Assembly: GCA_049521795.1 (NCBI GenBank)
Contig: JBEKOM010000001.1
Span: forward strand, 288,001-352,000
Direction: 5' to 3'
Length of the DNA stretch: 64,000 nucleotides
Origin: Candidatus Bathyarchaeia archaeon
GTDB lineage: Archaea; Thermoproteota; Bathyarchaeia; Bathyarchaeales; Bathycorpusculaceae
Both the position numbers and the translations under genes were made by a program. Of the stretch, positions 9,288 to 19,372 are shown in pieces. Each line of letters starts with the position of its first letter. Within the stretch, counting starts at the first letter, position 1. Below the pieces are notes generated by a model that was given only the letters and a program-made list of their open reading frames with translations, had not been told where the DNA came from and searched no databases.

Positions 9288-11114
9288 TCAAACAAACCAC
9301 AAAAGCAACATTAATAGCAAGCCAGCTGTTACAAAGATTGGGGCAATGATTTTCTTTGCTGTTTGAACAGTTTTGTCTATCAATGAACATAAAGTCTCAA
9401 GTTGCTTCGCTCCGAGAACCGTGATGTCGGTAACTTCTATGTCGCTACAGGAGGCCTTTACAGGCTCCAAATGAGACGTTGCAGTGCGGGCTGCCTCTTT
9501 GACATAGCCTATTAGCTTCTCCCTGTCCATTACCTCTCCGACGGGGTGGTAACCATGTCCTCCCAATATCAGCGCGCTGACTGAATGAGTGTCCGTTGTG
9601 AAGACTTCGCCCTCATCAATCCCCATTGACTTCAGAGCTAAAAGAATTTCTTCGCGCAACCCAGAAACCATATTGTTGCCGTCGATAACAACATAGGCTG
9701 CTTTCTGCCCTCCACACTTAACAACGACGGCAGTGATACCGCCAGGTCCCATGCCATCTTCGAGAGTGAATTCCTTAGGTGTAACGGTCGCGGCTCCAAC
9801 TTCAAACGGCAACTGTTCGAGCGAAACCACTTTCTCTAGACACTTTGTTGCAGCATCCTTCAAAGACTCAAGAGAGTTCTGCATCTCTGCAGTTCCGTCA
9901 ATACTGTTGTGTGCGTTAACCACCGCACAGAAGCTTAGGCCTCTTCTCTCAGCTTCATCTCGGACGAACAAACCTATTTCCTTCGGCAGATCTTCAATCG
10001 TCTTAGGCGCCAAGGTGAAAGAGATTATGGCGGATTTGCCGAAAACTTGGCAGCATGCAGTAGCCAAACCATTTGTGACCTTTACGAAAGGAGACGCTCT
10101 CGCTTCAGAAACTTCTAGACTTCGTGCAGACGCAACGGCTTGTTCAATGACCTTCTCATTCTGCCTCTGAGAAGCCAAATCAAACTCGTGGCCAAGCAGA
10201 CCATGGGGAACGCAGGCAACGCAGCCTAACTGCTTTTCTAAAGAGGTCTTTAGTAATGAAGGCAAAAGACTACTTCCAATATTTTTAAAGGGTCCTGGGT
10301 GAACAGAAGGAACCACAATAACCGCCTTAGGCTTCGATGAGGCGAATTTCAGAAGGCAAACTTCAACATCTCTCTTTTCACCTAACTCCTCAAGGAGATG
10401 CTCAAAAGGCGCGTTCAGACCTAAGACCCAGTTGAGCATGAACGCCCTGAAAAATGACAGCGATTGCATTCCCAGCGCCCGTTTGCCCATGTTGTCTAAA
10501 AAGTGGAGAAAAGTGAAAGTCGAAACAAGAGCCACAACCACGGAAAAAAGAAGGAATGCGGGCACACGCGCTGTGATCGAATTTCCGATTCCAGTCCAGA
10601 ACGCCAAGAAAGAAACCATGCACAAAAACGGTTGGAGAAAAGAGGCACCAAGAAATCTTGCATAACTCATCGCTGACGTTGAAGAGAACACAACCAAACG
10701 CAACATTATGGCAGCCGAGAAGCCCATGAGACAAAACCTGATCCACCACTCTTCCAAACCAAGTAAAACAGTTAAACCAGCGCCCAAAAAGATGAAAAGG
10801 AGCCAAATCACCCAGCAAAAAAGAGAGAGGGCCATCGTGCGTCTCAAGTTGTAGATCGTGCCTCGCTTCAGGATCAGCGTACTTGCCGCATAGTCGGCGG
10901 CTAGACTTGCAGAGAAGACTGCGACGCCCAGTAGAAGGCCATAAGTCAGCCCTTTCAAAGATGGAAAGAGGGCCACTGTGGAGAGTAGGCCCCCGCCGAC
11001 ACAAGAAAGCGCCGACAGTAGGAAGACCTTTCGGTCAGATGGAAGCCTGAACAGTGATGAATAGCGCTTCACCGCCCTATCCATAGACTGCCTCAGTGAA
11101 TCTTCAGTTGGCAT
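9288..11114 (-). CDS. DUF2070-family membrane protein
   Basis: About 6 N-terminal TMs, then HPGPF, AHNS, DGNNM and TTDTH motifs and a C-terminal TM. Confidence 0.85.
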   Translation of the reverse strand: MPTEDSLRQSMDRAVKRYSSLFRLPSDRKVFLLSALSCVGGGLLSTVALFPSLKGLTYGLLLGVAVFSASLAADYAASTLILKRGTIYNLRRTMALSLFCWVIWLLFIFLGAGLTVLLGLEEWWIRFCLMGFSAAIMLRLVVFSSTSAMSYARFLGASFLQPFLCMVSFLAFWTGIGNSITARVPAFLLFSVVVALVSTFTFLHFLDNMGKRALGMQSLSFFRAFMLNWVLGLNAPFEHLLEELGEKRDVEVCLLKFASSKPKAVIVVPSVHPGPFKNIGSSLLPSLLKTSLEKQLGCVACVPHGLLGHEFDLASQRQNEKVIEQAVASARSLEVSEARASPFVKVTNGLATACCQVFGKSAIISFTLAPKTIEDLPKEIGLFVRDEAERRGLSFCAVVNAHNSIDGTAEMQNSLESLKDAATKCLEKVVSLEQLPFEVGAATVTPKEFTLEDGMGPGGITAVVVKCGGQKAAYVVIDGNNMVSGLREEILLALKSMGIDEGEVFTTDTHSVSALILGGHGYHPVGEVMDREKLIGYVKEAARTATSHLEPVKASCSDIEVTDITVLGAKQLETLCSLIDKTVQTAKKIIAPIFVTAGLLLMLLLWFV

Positions 11115-11373
11115 CAGATTCCTCGAGAGTGACTTTGCTAAGGAGAAGTGCCCACATATTAAATTGTCGTGATCCTAAGCACGGAAGACCCCAATCAATT
11201 GAAGCATTATTTAGATAATTTCTATATGAGTGAAGCTCAAGCTCTAACATGAAACCGCCTATGTTGACCCCACAGGTTTCATCTGAAGAAACATGGCACC
11301 ATCAGCACAGTATATATCCAAGAACGGCAACTATTTTATCCGTAAAGTAGAATTACAAGGTTTTGCGAATCCT

Positions 11374-11661
11374 ATGCCAGAAGAGAACATCCCACCCACG
11401 ATATTTCATATGCTTGAGAAAAACGTGGGAAACAAAATACGCGTGATCTTGGATCCTGCCTACGGTTTTGAAGGAACTCTTGCGGCTGTAACTCGAGAAC
11501 CGGCGGGCATATGGCTATCGGAGAGTGAAGCCATCATTCTGCGCGCAACGATCGCACAGCCAATACCGCAGGTTGCAAGCCGAGAGGAAAGAAGCGAGAT
11601 ATTTGTGCACTTGAACTCCGTGCAGCGAATAGAAGTTTTACATGCTTCCTCTCGTCGTTAG
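11374..11661 (+). CDS. divergent Sm/LSm-like fold protein
   Basis: LEKNVGNKIRVIL...FEGTL (Sm1-like) and EIFVHLNSVQRIEV (Sm2-like); ATG 11374 preferred. Confidence 0.55.
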   Translation: MPEENIPPTIFHMLEKNVGNKIRVILDPAYGFEGTLAAVTREPAGIWLSESEAIILRATIAQPIPQVASREERSEIFVHLNSVQRIEVLHASSRR

Positions 11662-11670
11662 AGTTGCAGT

Positions 11671-11841
11671 CTAGGTGAAGAATATGTGCGCCAGGGAGCA
11701 CACGACTATCAGCGCCACTGACATGGCCACAAGCACTTCGGGCCGAACCTTAACGCCCTCAGTTTCCTCTTCAAAGAATCTCAGCAGCCCCGCGCTTGCA
11801 GCAGGCATTGGCGACCTGCTATCTTTCTTTTTCTTACTCAA
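11671..11841 (-). CDS. secG: preprotein translocase Sec61beta subunit
   Basis: Not in ORF track; manual translation MSKKKKDSRSPMPAASAGLLRFFEEETEGVKVRPEVLVAMSVALIVVCSLAHIFFT* with the AGLLRFF signature. Confidence 0.92.
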   Translation of the reverse strand: MSKKKKDSRSPMPAASAGLLRFFEEETEGVKVRPEVLVAMSVALIVVCSLAHIFFT

Positions 11842-11961
11842 TCTGAAACCCTCAGCAGGATGCTAAGTAATCTACCATTCTCTACATTAATTAACGTTAC
11901 GCCGGTTCAAAGAGTTTTTATTTTTGAACAAGTGATATGGTGATGCAAAAAGGCGATTTCA

Positions 11962-13278
11962 ATGTCCACCCCAAGAGACGAATATGACCATGTTTTTGAC
12001 CTCCTTCAAAAGCATCACAAATGGTTTCAGGAAAGCATTCCCCTCATAGCAAGCGAAAACGTGCCAAGTCCAGCCGTCCGTGAGGCAATAATAACAGACT
12101 TCGGCAACAGGTATGCAGAAGGCTGGCCCGGAGAAAGAGTCTATGCCGGGTGCCGCTTCATCGACGAAGTGGAGTTCAAATGCATTGAGCTCATGAAACG
12201 ACTTTTCAAAGCAGAATTTGTGGACGTTAGACCCATTTCAGGCGTTGTGGCAAACCTAGCAGTGTACACAGCTTTCACTGAGCCTGGAGACACTCTGATG
12301 GCACTGTCGATCCCCAGTGGAGGTCACATCACGTCGGGCAAGAAGGAACTCGGAGGCACGGCGGGGGCAGTAAAGGGGTTGAACGTTGATTATCTGCCCT
12401 TGGACTACAAAGAATTGAATATAGATGTGGACAAAGCGAAAACTAAGATTAAGGAACTTGCTGCGAAGGGCAAGCCTCCGAAGTTTGTCATGTTTGGCGC
12501 GAGTGTGTTCCCGTTTCCCCATCCTGTCAAGGAGCTGGCGGAGATCATTCGTTCGGTCGGGGCAACCGTGGGGTATGATGCAGCGCACGTAGCAGGATTG
12601 ATTGCCGGAGGCCAATTCCAAGACCCGCTTAAGGAGGGGGCAGACGTTGTCAGTCTGAGCACGCACAAAACGTTTTTTGGACCGCAACATGGTGGAATTC
12701 TCTCTTGGGATAAGTACGCCGAAAGAATAAAGAAGGCCACTTTTCCGGGAATGGTGAGTAATCATCACCTGCACGAAGTTGCTGGACTTACGGTAGCATG
12801 TGCAGAGATGCTTCAATTTGGAGAAGAATACGCAAACCAGATAGTGAAGAATGCCAAAGCCCTCGCCCAAGCGCTTCACGAGAGGGGCCTCAACGTCTTA
12901 GCTGAGCACAAGGGATTCACGCAGTCACACGTCATTCTGATCGACATAACCGAGCACGGTGATGGCGGTACGATCGAGCAGACGTTGGAAAGAGCAAATA
13001 TAATCATAAACAGAAACCTACTCCCATGGGACATTAAGGAGGGAAGGCATTTCATGCATCCCGGCGGCATAAGAATGGGAACTTCTGAAGTCACTAGACT
13101 CGGATTGAAAGAACCTGAAATGGCGGAGATAGCAGAATTCGTCAAACGCGTCATAATAGACAAGGAGCCACCGGAAAAGGTGCAAGCGGACGTCGCAGAG
13201 TTCAGAAGAGACTATCAGATGGTACATTTCTGCTTCGAAAGCATGACAGAAGCCTACAAGTACATAAGAATCCGCTGA
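11962..13278 (+). CDS. glyA: serine hydroxymethyltransferase
   Basis: LIASEN, RYAEG, YDAAHVAGL and STHKTFFGPQHG. Confidence 0.96.
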   Translation: MSTPRDEYDHVFDLLQKHHKWFQESIPLIASENVPSPAVREAIITDFGNRYAEGWPGERVYAGCRFIDEVEFKCIELMKRLFKAEFVDVRPISGVVANLAVYTAFTEPGDTLMALSIPSGGHITSGKKELGGTAGAVKGLNVDYLPLDYKELNIDVDKAKTKIKELAAKGKPPKFVMFGASVFPFPHPVKELAEIIRSVGATVGYDAAHVAGLIAGGQFQDPLKEGADVVSLSTHKTFFGPQHGGILSWDKYAERIKKATFPGMVSNHHLHEVAGLTVACAEMLQFGEEYANQIVKNAKALAQALHERGLNVLAEHKGFTQSHVILIDITEHGDGGTIEQTLERANIIINRNLLPWDIKEGRHFMHPGGIRMGTSEVTRLGLKEPEMAEIAEFVKRVIIDKEPPEKVQADVAEFRRDYQMVHFCFESMTEAYKYIRIR

Positions 13279-13523
13279 CCTCCTTAGCTTTAGCTAAAAG
13301 TAGCGCGTCAGCATATTCCTGGATTGTTTAGAGAAGCAGATCGTGCTACTCATTCTGCTCCCCAACCATATTTGGGTCATATAGGATACCCCGGGGGGAG
13401 GGCGTGAGCACGAAAGCACCCAGCCCGAACCGTAACAGTATAACCATCCCCACCGGAAAACGCCAAGCCTCCGTCTTGAACAGAATTTAAAGAGCAAGCA
13501 TGTGCATTACGGGCATCGGAACC

Positions 13524-13704
13524 AGCGCGTTGCCTTGTCCCTTTATTATGCCTGCGCCCTTGAATAGCCCACACGGCTCGCATCCAGCCTAACACTCTCA
13601 GCGTTTTCAACAATGCTTGCCAACTGTATATGCAAAGTGTATATGCAAAATGTATATGCTTTCAGTTACGCGTTTTTTGCGAATTTAGGACAAGCCAACG
13701 CGCT
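13524..13704. repeat. ~180-bp TIR-bounded element, family A copy 1 (MITE-like or structured site)
   Basis: Ends AGCGCGTTGCCTTGTCC ... GGACAAGCCAACGCGCT (17-bp inverted repeat, 1 mismatch); TGTATATGC at 13625, 13638 and 13651; homologous to 56205-56375 in inverted orientation. Confidence 0.85.
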
Positions 13705-13751
13705 ACAAAACTTATCTTGTACACTGCGAACTCTTGCCTTAAGCAGAAGGG

Positions 13752-14051
13752 GTGAAACGCAAGGTGCATATCCGCGAGTTTCAAGAGATGATGCGACGCC
13801 TGTATTTTCACAGAGACTGTAAACGAGGCACGGCCGGAACATACGAGTGGCTCACCGATGAGGTTAAAGAGTTGGGCGAAGCATTAAACGCGAATGACAA
13901 GAAAGGATTGGAAGGCGAGTTTGCGGACGTTCTTGCGTGGTTAGCCTCTCTCGCTAACATCACAGGCATAGACCTTGAGAAAGCAGCTCTCAGGAAATAT
14001 GATGACAAGTGTCCAAAATGTGGACATTCGCCCTGCGAGTGCACTTTTTAG
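13752..14051 (+). CDS. MazG-like nucleotide pyrophosphohydrolase
   Basis: WLTDEVKELGEA...EGEFADVLAWLASLAN and C-terminal CPKCGHSPCEC. Confidence 0.9.
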   Translation: MKRKVHIREFQEMMRRLYFHRDCKRGTAGTYEWLTDEVKELGEALNANDKKGLEGEFADVLAWLASLANITGIDLEKAALRKYDDKCPKCGHSPCECTF

Positions 14052-14320
14052 CCTGCGGTTTCCAGCCGCTTCTGCCCCAATCCGGTCAAACCCCAAACGT
14101 AGGGCCTGCCGCTCTTGCGTTCCACGATGCCTTCTGCCGCCAACAGCTTCAAATGGTGCATAGCCACTCCGTAGCGCAACCCAGATTCCTTCGCAACCTT
14201 GTTGGCATCGCCTGACAGTCTCTCCAAGACATTCAGTATTCTTGTTCTGGCCCTCAGCCCCAGCTTCATGTTCCTTATGCTGGCTAGGTAGGCGTTAGGA
14301 TGATAGGTCTCCTTGAGCAT
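14048..14320 (-). CDS. ArsR-like winged-helix protein
   Basis: RTRILNVL...VAKESGLRYGVAMHHLKLLAAEGIVER helix-turn-helix-wing pattern. Confidence 0.8.
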   Translation of the reverse strand: MLKETYHPNAYLASIRNMKLGLRARTRILNVLERLSGDANKVAKESGLRYGVAMHHLKLLAAEGIVERKSGRPYVWGLTGLGQKRLETAG

Positions 14321-14364
14321 ACTCCTTCAGAGTATCCTTCTTTCTCTGAACAGAAAAGGCTTTT

Positions 14365-17300
14365 TCAAGCGAAGTCTGTCAGACTGATCTGCTTGGGCTT
14401 CCTACTATCAAACAGCGAACTGATCTCCTCTTTCACAAGCGAAATCCTCTGTGAATAGTACTTAGGCAAGTCATACTTGTCAATCAGATGCTGCGCTACT
14501 TCCAAGTACTTTTCAATGCCGCCCCGATAGACGGTCAACGTTAATTCCCCACCGCACGTTGGGCATTTGCCCCGAAGGGGCAGACGCCGGAAGCGCTTGC
14601 TACATGACTTGCACCTGAAACTCTGTGTTGAAAAAGCCCGCAGGTTCCCCGCGATGTCTCGCATGAAATGTTTCGTCAAGACCCTCAGGGCCACTTTGTC
14701 TGCATCTACAGCCACAATCTTCTCGGCCAATTCAAGTTGGCCCTCAAGCTTATCTGTCATCGTTTTGAGACTCTTATAAGAACTTTCACGGTTGCCCATG
14801 TTAACGTTAGACACGGGCGTCGTAAAGCTGAAGCCCTCAAACTGTGCCTCAGTACCAAGACGGTAACCCACAAGGTCTATCATTGAACTGACCTGTCTGG
14901 CTTCAACCTTTTCCCATGTCTTCTCAAAAAACTCAAGCGGATAGGAATCTGCAACGTCAAAGTCGTGGGCCTGCCTCTGCACCTCATTCGTGTTCACAAC
15001 TGGAATGAGCAGGAGCGGAGCATCCATTATCCCGCCGATCTGTGCAGGCAGGTACTCGCGTGAGAAGTTGAGCAACGTGTCGAGGGCAAGCATCAAAGTG
15101 TCTTCATCGCCGTCACAGTCTCTCCTCTTCGCCGAGTGCCAGATGGGGTGTGCATAGCAGAGGTTCAGGTTCGTAAAGCCTATAATACGTCCCAGGATTC
15201 CCACACAAGTGTGGGGAGCTAGGCCAACGATGAGATGCCCAACTAGGTCTTCGATTCGTCGGACATGATAGTATGGTGGAAGTCCATAAACCTTGGATAG
15301 AAGTTCGTCTAGAAAACTTGCGACACTCACGAAGTATTCTGCAGCTTTCACAGGAATAACGACGTCCTGAAGCTTGAGTTCACACACTTGACTTGCATCC
15401 GTCAATGGCGCGCCTTTTACGTCACAGGCGTAACCAAGCGCCCTAAGTATCTGAACTGAAACCTCAACTTCACAAGGCTTGAAGTGCGTCAAAGGGGCAT
15501 TGGTGGTGTCAAACCGTATCGTTCCATCCTTGTAAACTGAGAGGTCATGCTTTGACCGCAGAACGCCCTTTTCCAGTATTTCAGGCGTTTTGGTTTGATT
15601 TGTCAGCCCTTTCACTCCCTTCAAGATCCGTGGCATCGAAACGGACAAGTCACGGCATGCACTCTCAATCGTCTCTCTGAAATTGACGACCTGCTTCTGA
15701 TATCTTATCGCAGAGGTCTTGCAAGTAGGGCACGCATCTTGTTTCAGGCTTTTTCCGCATCGTGGGCAACTCTTCTCAGGAGCCGTCTCCGAACCGCATG
15801 CAGGGCATTTGACGCGAGAAGTGAAGGTCCCACATTCTGGGCACTTCCGTTTGATGATTTCCACAAAGGTCGGCCCATGCTTTGCTGCTTCAACGAGGTC
15901 TCTCTGCGAACCTCCTGCTAGACCGACTGGGAAAAGAACGTGCACAAGCGGCTTCATCTCGCGCCTTTTTGCCTTTTCAGGCCTGCCCATTCTTGCGCCT
16001 ACAAGCGTTGGGGCCTTATCCTTAACCTGCACGCCTGACAAAGAATTGACGGCTTCCAAGACGGTCTTTGCAGATGAAAAACCCAGGCCGCACGGAGCCC
16101 CGTAGCCTAAGCAAAAAGCGAAGGCACCCGCGTCTTCTCCCTCAATGAGCATCTTGCCGTCCAGGACCTTATGAGGAAGACATATCATTTCCAAGGCATG
16201 CTTAACCTCTGAATCCATTTCGCCAACAATCTTTCGAACGGCAGCACCTTCAGTTTGTACTTGAGACGCGAGAAGCCATGTTCTCACCTGTTCAAGTTGT
16301 TCGACTGAGGAAAGGCTTGACCAGAAGAACGTAAAAGCCGGGTGCAACGGAACACGCATTTCTGTTGACAGCGCAACAGCTTCAGAGAGGCTAGGCTTAC
16401 TCACAAAAAAGTCTGTCAAGAGACTCTTCAATCTTTCGGGTTGAATACCCACAGTTTCAGAGACCCTTTCAAGGTTGCCATCAAACTTTTCTGCAACCTT
16501 CTTTCGCAGATCTTCAGCCCACCACTCTTCGACGTAGCCCGAAGGCGTTAGAAACCTGCTGTTGTAGAGGAAGTCTCCAAAACTCACGAGGATGTCTCCG
16601 AGGAAGAGTATCTTCTCAATTCGGCCTCTTGCCTCGTTGAACTCGTCCACTGAGACTCGGATAACCGATCCGTCGTTCAGCCGCACTACTGGGCCCTCGA
16701 TGGTGTCGACGGGGACCACGATGCCGCCTTTTCCTGGGAGCTCCATTCGGAGTTGTGTTCCGCCTGCGAGGAAACCGTCTAAAACAAGCATTGTTGCCGG
16801 ATGGATGCCTACGGCTGCTAGGCCCGTGTTTCTTGCTCTGCCGTATCTCAGGCGGAAACCTCCCCGCCTTGAGGGAAAAGAGAACACGGGACGTCCGGCA
16901 ATGACGTCGTCCATGAAGCCTGAAGATTTCTTCTCGGATTTTCTGTGGATATCGCCGAGCCAGTCCCATCCCTGAAAACCGAGTTTTTCGATGATTGTGA
17001 GAACTTTTTGCGCTCGTCCGACGATGCCGTCGTTTACTACTCTGAGCGCTCCGCCCCTGACGCGGTTTGTTTCCACCCGCGGGAGGTTACGGAACGTGGA
17101 CACTTCAATCGGGTCAGACTCTGTGCCAGTCACCTCAACTGGCAACCACCCAAGGGCCTTTCTCAACTCTTCATCAGGAATGTGATACTGGAAGCGCATT
17201 CCTGAGGAGCGCTCGTAGATTCTGAGTTCTTCAATGAAGCGGGACATTTCTTCCTCCGTGGGCTTATAGCGGTCAAGTCCGAGGAGACGCCGTACGAAGT

Positions 17301-17772
17301 CACCCACGACCAGCGTTAACGCTTGGTCTGTTCCGCCTGCGGCCCTTATAGGCCCTGCAAAGTATATGGCAAGGTAACGTGTCCGGTCGCTATTTGCTTT
17401 GATCTTCACGTGCGCTACTCCCTGTATTGGCGCAGCCGTTAGACCTTCCGTGAAAATCGCTAGCGCCGTTCGAATCGCCTGTTCTGCAGCGGCTTCTGGT
17501 TCCATGTGTCCGAACTTGCCGTACACTATCTCTTCGGTCACCTTGAATGCCAGCTCTTCCCTCGAAAGCCTAGAGCTCAGTTCCCTTATGCTGTGAGCAA
17601 CTCCCTTCGGGCCCACGAGCCCCTCTACGAGGTCGGCCAGGTCCTTAGCAATCCTGCACTCAGGTTCAAGCGAAGGGTCAAGCCCCTTCTCCCTAGCCTT
17701 CTTGCTCAATTCGCAGAGTTGGGTCAGTCCACTTTCAAGGGCCTCAGTGTATTGCCGATAGGCTGCGCTCAT
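14365..17772 (-). CDS. polC: DNA polymerase D large subunit DP2
   Basis: YFAGPIRAAGGT, GGFRLRYGRARNTG, KDGTIRFD and catalytic RRDCDGDED; no intein; start probably ATG 17772 or a nearby TTG. Confidence 0.97.
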   Translation of the reverse strand: MSAAYRQYTEALESGLTQLCELSKKAREKGLDPSLEPECRIAKDLADLVEGLVGPKGVAHSIRELSSRLSREELAFKVTEEIVYGKFGHMEPEAAAEQAIRTALAIFTEGLTAAPIQGVAHVKIKANSDRTRYLAIYFAGPIRAAGGTDQALTLVVGDFVRRLLGLDRYKPTEEEMSRFIEELRIYERSSGMRFQYHIPDEELRKALGWLPVEVTGTESDPIEVSTFRNLPRVETNRVRGGALRVVNDGIVGRAQKVLTIIEKLGFQGWDWLGDIHRKSEKKSSGFMDDVIAGRPVFSFPSRRGGFRLRYGRARNTGLAAVGIHPATMLVLDGFLAGGTQLRMELPGKGGIVVPVDTIEGPVVRLNDGSVIRVSVDEFNEARGRIEKILFLGDILVSFGDFLYNSRFLTPSGYVEEWWAEDLRKKVAEKFDGNLERVSETVGIQPERLKSLLTDFFVSKPSLSEAVALSTEMRVPLHPAFTFFWSSLSSVEQLEQVRTWLLASQVQTEGAAVRKIVGEMDSEVKHALEMICLPHKVLDGKMLIEGEDAGAFAFCLGYGAPCGLGFSSAKTVLEAVNSLSGVQVKDKAPTLVGARMGRPEKAKRREMKPLVHVLFPVGLAGGSQRDLVEAAKHGPTFVEIIKRKCPECGTFTSRVKCPACGSETAPEKSCPRCGKSLKQDACPTCKTSAIRYQKQVVNFRETIESACRDLSVSMPRILKGVKGLTNQTKTPEILEKGVLRSKHDLSVYKDGTIRFDTTNAPLTHFKPCEVEVSVQILRALGYACDVKGAPLTDASQVCELKLQDVVIPVKAAEYFVSVASFLDELLSKVYGLPPYYHVRRIEDLVGHLIVGLAPHTCVGILGRIIGFTNLNLCYAHPIWHSAKRRDCDGDEDTLMLALDTLLNFSREYLPAQIGGIMDAPLLLIPVVNTNEVQRQAHDFDVADSYPLEFFEKTWEKVEARQVSSMIDLVGYRLGTEAQFEGFSFTTPVSNVNMGNRESSYKSLKTMTDKLEGQLELAEKIVAVDADKVALRVLTKHFMRDIAGNLRAFSTQSFRCKSCSKRFRRLPLRGKCPTCGGELTLTVYRGGIEKYLEVAQHLIDKYDLPKYYSQRISLVKEEISSLFDSRKPKQISLTDFA

Positions 17773-18242
17773 CTTTTCGCCCAAGTCTCCCACTCGCAAA
17801 GCCAGTGTGTATGAAACAAGCTTATTTCTGTTCTCTGACAGGAACAAGTCAAAAAGCCAAATCACTGAACCCTTCTATTCCGTGCGAATTCTACAAGAAC
17901 AAACTGCTGGTTCCCTCACTCCTGGCGCGGAGCTGGTTGTTCTTTGGTCGCTTCTCTCGCAGGTTCACCTCTTCTAATCACAGTTTCTGTGTGCGGCTTT
18001 TACATTGTAAGACGCGACCGTCTCAAATCTATGTTGAAAGTGGTGCCCCAACCAGTAACAAGGCTGCACGTGTCTGACTGAGAGTCGCTAGCTGGATCTG
18101 CTGCAGAAAAGACTGGGACGGCTCGTCTTGTTACCGAGGTTAAACACAAAACAGGGAGGCTCAGCCGAGGCTACACCAAAGGGTCATCTTCGCGGGAAAT
18201 TTTCATGGCGTTTAACGAGCTTTAAGAGCCGTCAGCGGCCTT

Positions 18243-18995
18243 TCACGTCCTGCCGCGTCTTATGCCTTCGATGATTTCCGAAACCTTGTGTTTGATGCCT
18301 GTCTCCTCAATGAGGTTACCCGTGACGATTATGTCTGCGCCCGCAGACGCCGCGGTTAACGCTTGCTCTCGGGATCTTATGCCACCCCCAACGACCAGGG
18401 GCACATCAACGTAATGCTTGACGCCACGGATCATCTCGGAAGGAACTGGATTCTTGGCACCTGATCCACCTTCCAAGTAGATGAAGCGCATGCCCAGGTA
18501 CTGGCCTGCTAACGCGTGGGCCGCCGCTAACTCAGGCTTGTCGTACGGGATCGGAATAGCCTTACCCACAATGCCCGCTGTGCCGCCCTCACCAACGATT
18601 ACGTAGCCGAGCGGGAGAGGTTCCAAACCGTACCTTTTTACAAGAGGAGCCCCCAAGATCTGAGCCCCCACCAGAAAGTACGGGTCCACCGAGTTCAGAA
18701 GCGACATGAACCATATCGCATCTGCGTAACGGCTTATGCCAGTAACATTGTTGGGAAAAAGGATTATTGGAATCTTCACAGCACGCTTGACCATCTTCAC
18801 AACATCATCCAAATGAGCCGCAGACACGAACGTCGAGCCACCGATCATAATCGCTGAAGTCTCGCATGCTCTCGCTTTGCCCGCGATCTTCGAAGCCTGT
18901 GGCGGAGTCACCCTTTCAGGGTCTATAAGCGTTATATGAATAGAACCCTCAGCCGCGATCTTTTCAAGAAGATACTTCTCAACGTTGCCTTCCAT
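18243..18995 (-). CDS. geranylgeranylglyceryl phosphate synthase
   Basis: HITLIDP, GGST, YLEGGSGA and VGGGIRS. Confidence 0.95.
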   Translation of the reverse strand: MEGNVEKYLLEKIAAEGSIHITLIDPERVTPPQASKIAGKARACETSAIMIGGSTFVSAAHLDDVVKMVKRAVKIPIILFPNNVTGISRYADAIWFMSLLNSVDPYFLVGAQILGAPLVKRYGLEPLPLGYVIVGEGGTAGIVGKAIPIPYDKPELAAAHALAGQYLGMRFIYLEGGSGAKNPVPSEMIRGVKHYVDVPLVVGGGIRSREQALTAASAGADIIVTGNLIEETGIKHKVSEIIEGIRRGRT

Positions 18996-19009
18996 ACAAA
19001 CCGACCTTA

Positions 19010-19273
19010 TCAGGCACCCTTGATCACAGCAGAAGGCCTTCGAGACTGGCCATAAGTCTTATCGGTGAACATGCAGTAAACGTCAACCTCAGCCTGAGCA
19101 GGCTTAACTGGGAACCGCTCCCTGAGACCACAGCTACCGCATCCAACGACTGCGCATCCTTCCTCACGAAGGATCTCAACCCTCACCGTTTCCTTCCCAC
19201 ACCTGGGGCAAGGGAACAGTCTTGGAAGATGTTTCCTAGGGATGCGTACGACCTTTTTCCTTCTTCTACCCAT
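19010..19273 (-). CDS. elf1: transcription elongation factor Elf1
   Basis: MGRRRKK...FPCPRCG...CGSCG...VDVYCMFTD; start is ATG 19273, inside the longer track ORF. Confidence 0.9.
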   Translation of the reverse strand: MGRRRKKVVRIPRKHLPRLFPCPRCGKETVRVEILREEGCAVVGCGSCGLRERFPVKPAQAEVDVYCMFTDKTYGQSRRPSAVIKGA

Positions 19274-19372
19274 ACACGGGTCCTTCTCCGTTGGAAACGG
19301 CAGACACCCATATTTATGTTTGTCCTTAAATAGTTGCCTACAACCATACATCCATGGGAGCGCATCTCCTTG

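Noticed and set aside
13625-13659. Tandem TGTATATGC repeats as a mini-CRISPR
   Set aside because: 13-bp period with 4-nt gaps; no spacer-length unique sequences and no cas genes
14365-17772. Intein in PolD DP2
   Set aside because: The catalytic RRDCDGDED region is uninterrupted and the length is normal
17870-18240. Imperfect hairpin (AAGAACAAACTGCT / AGCTGGTTGTTCTT) upstream of polC as an ncRNA or riboswitch
   Set aside because: A single imperfect stem with no family motif or second copy
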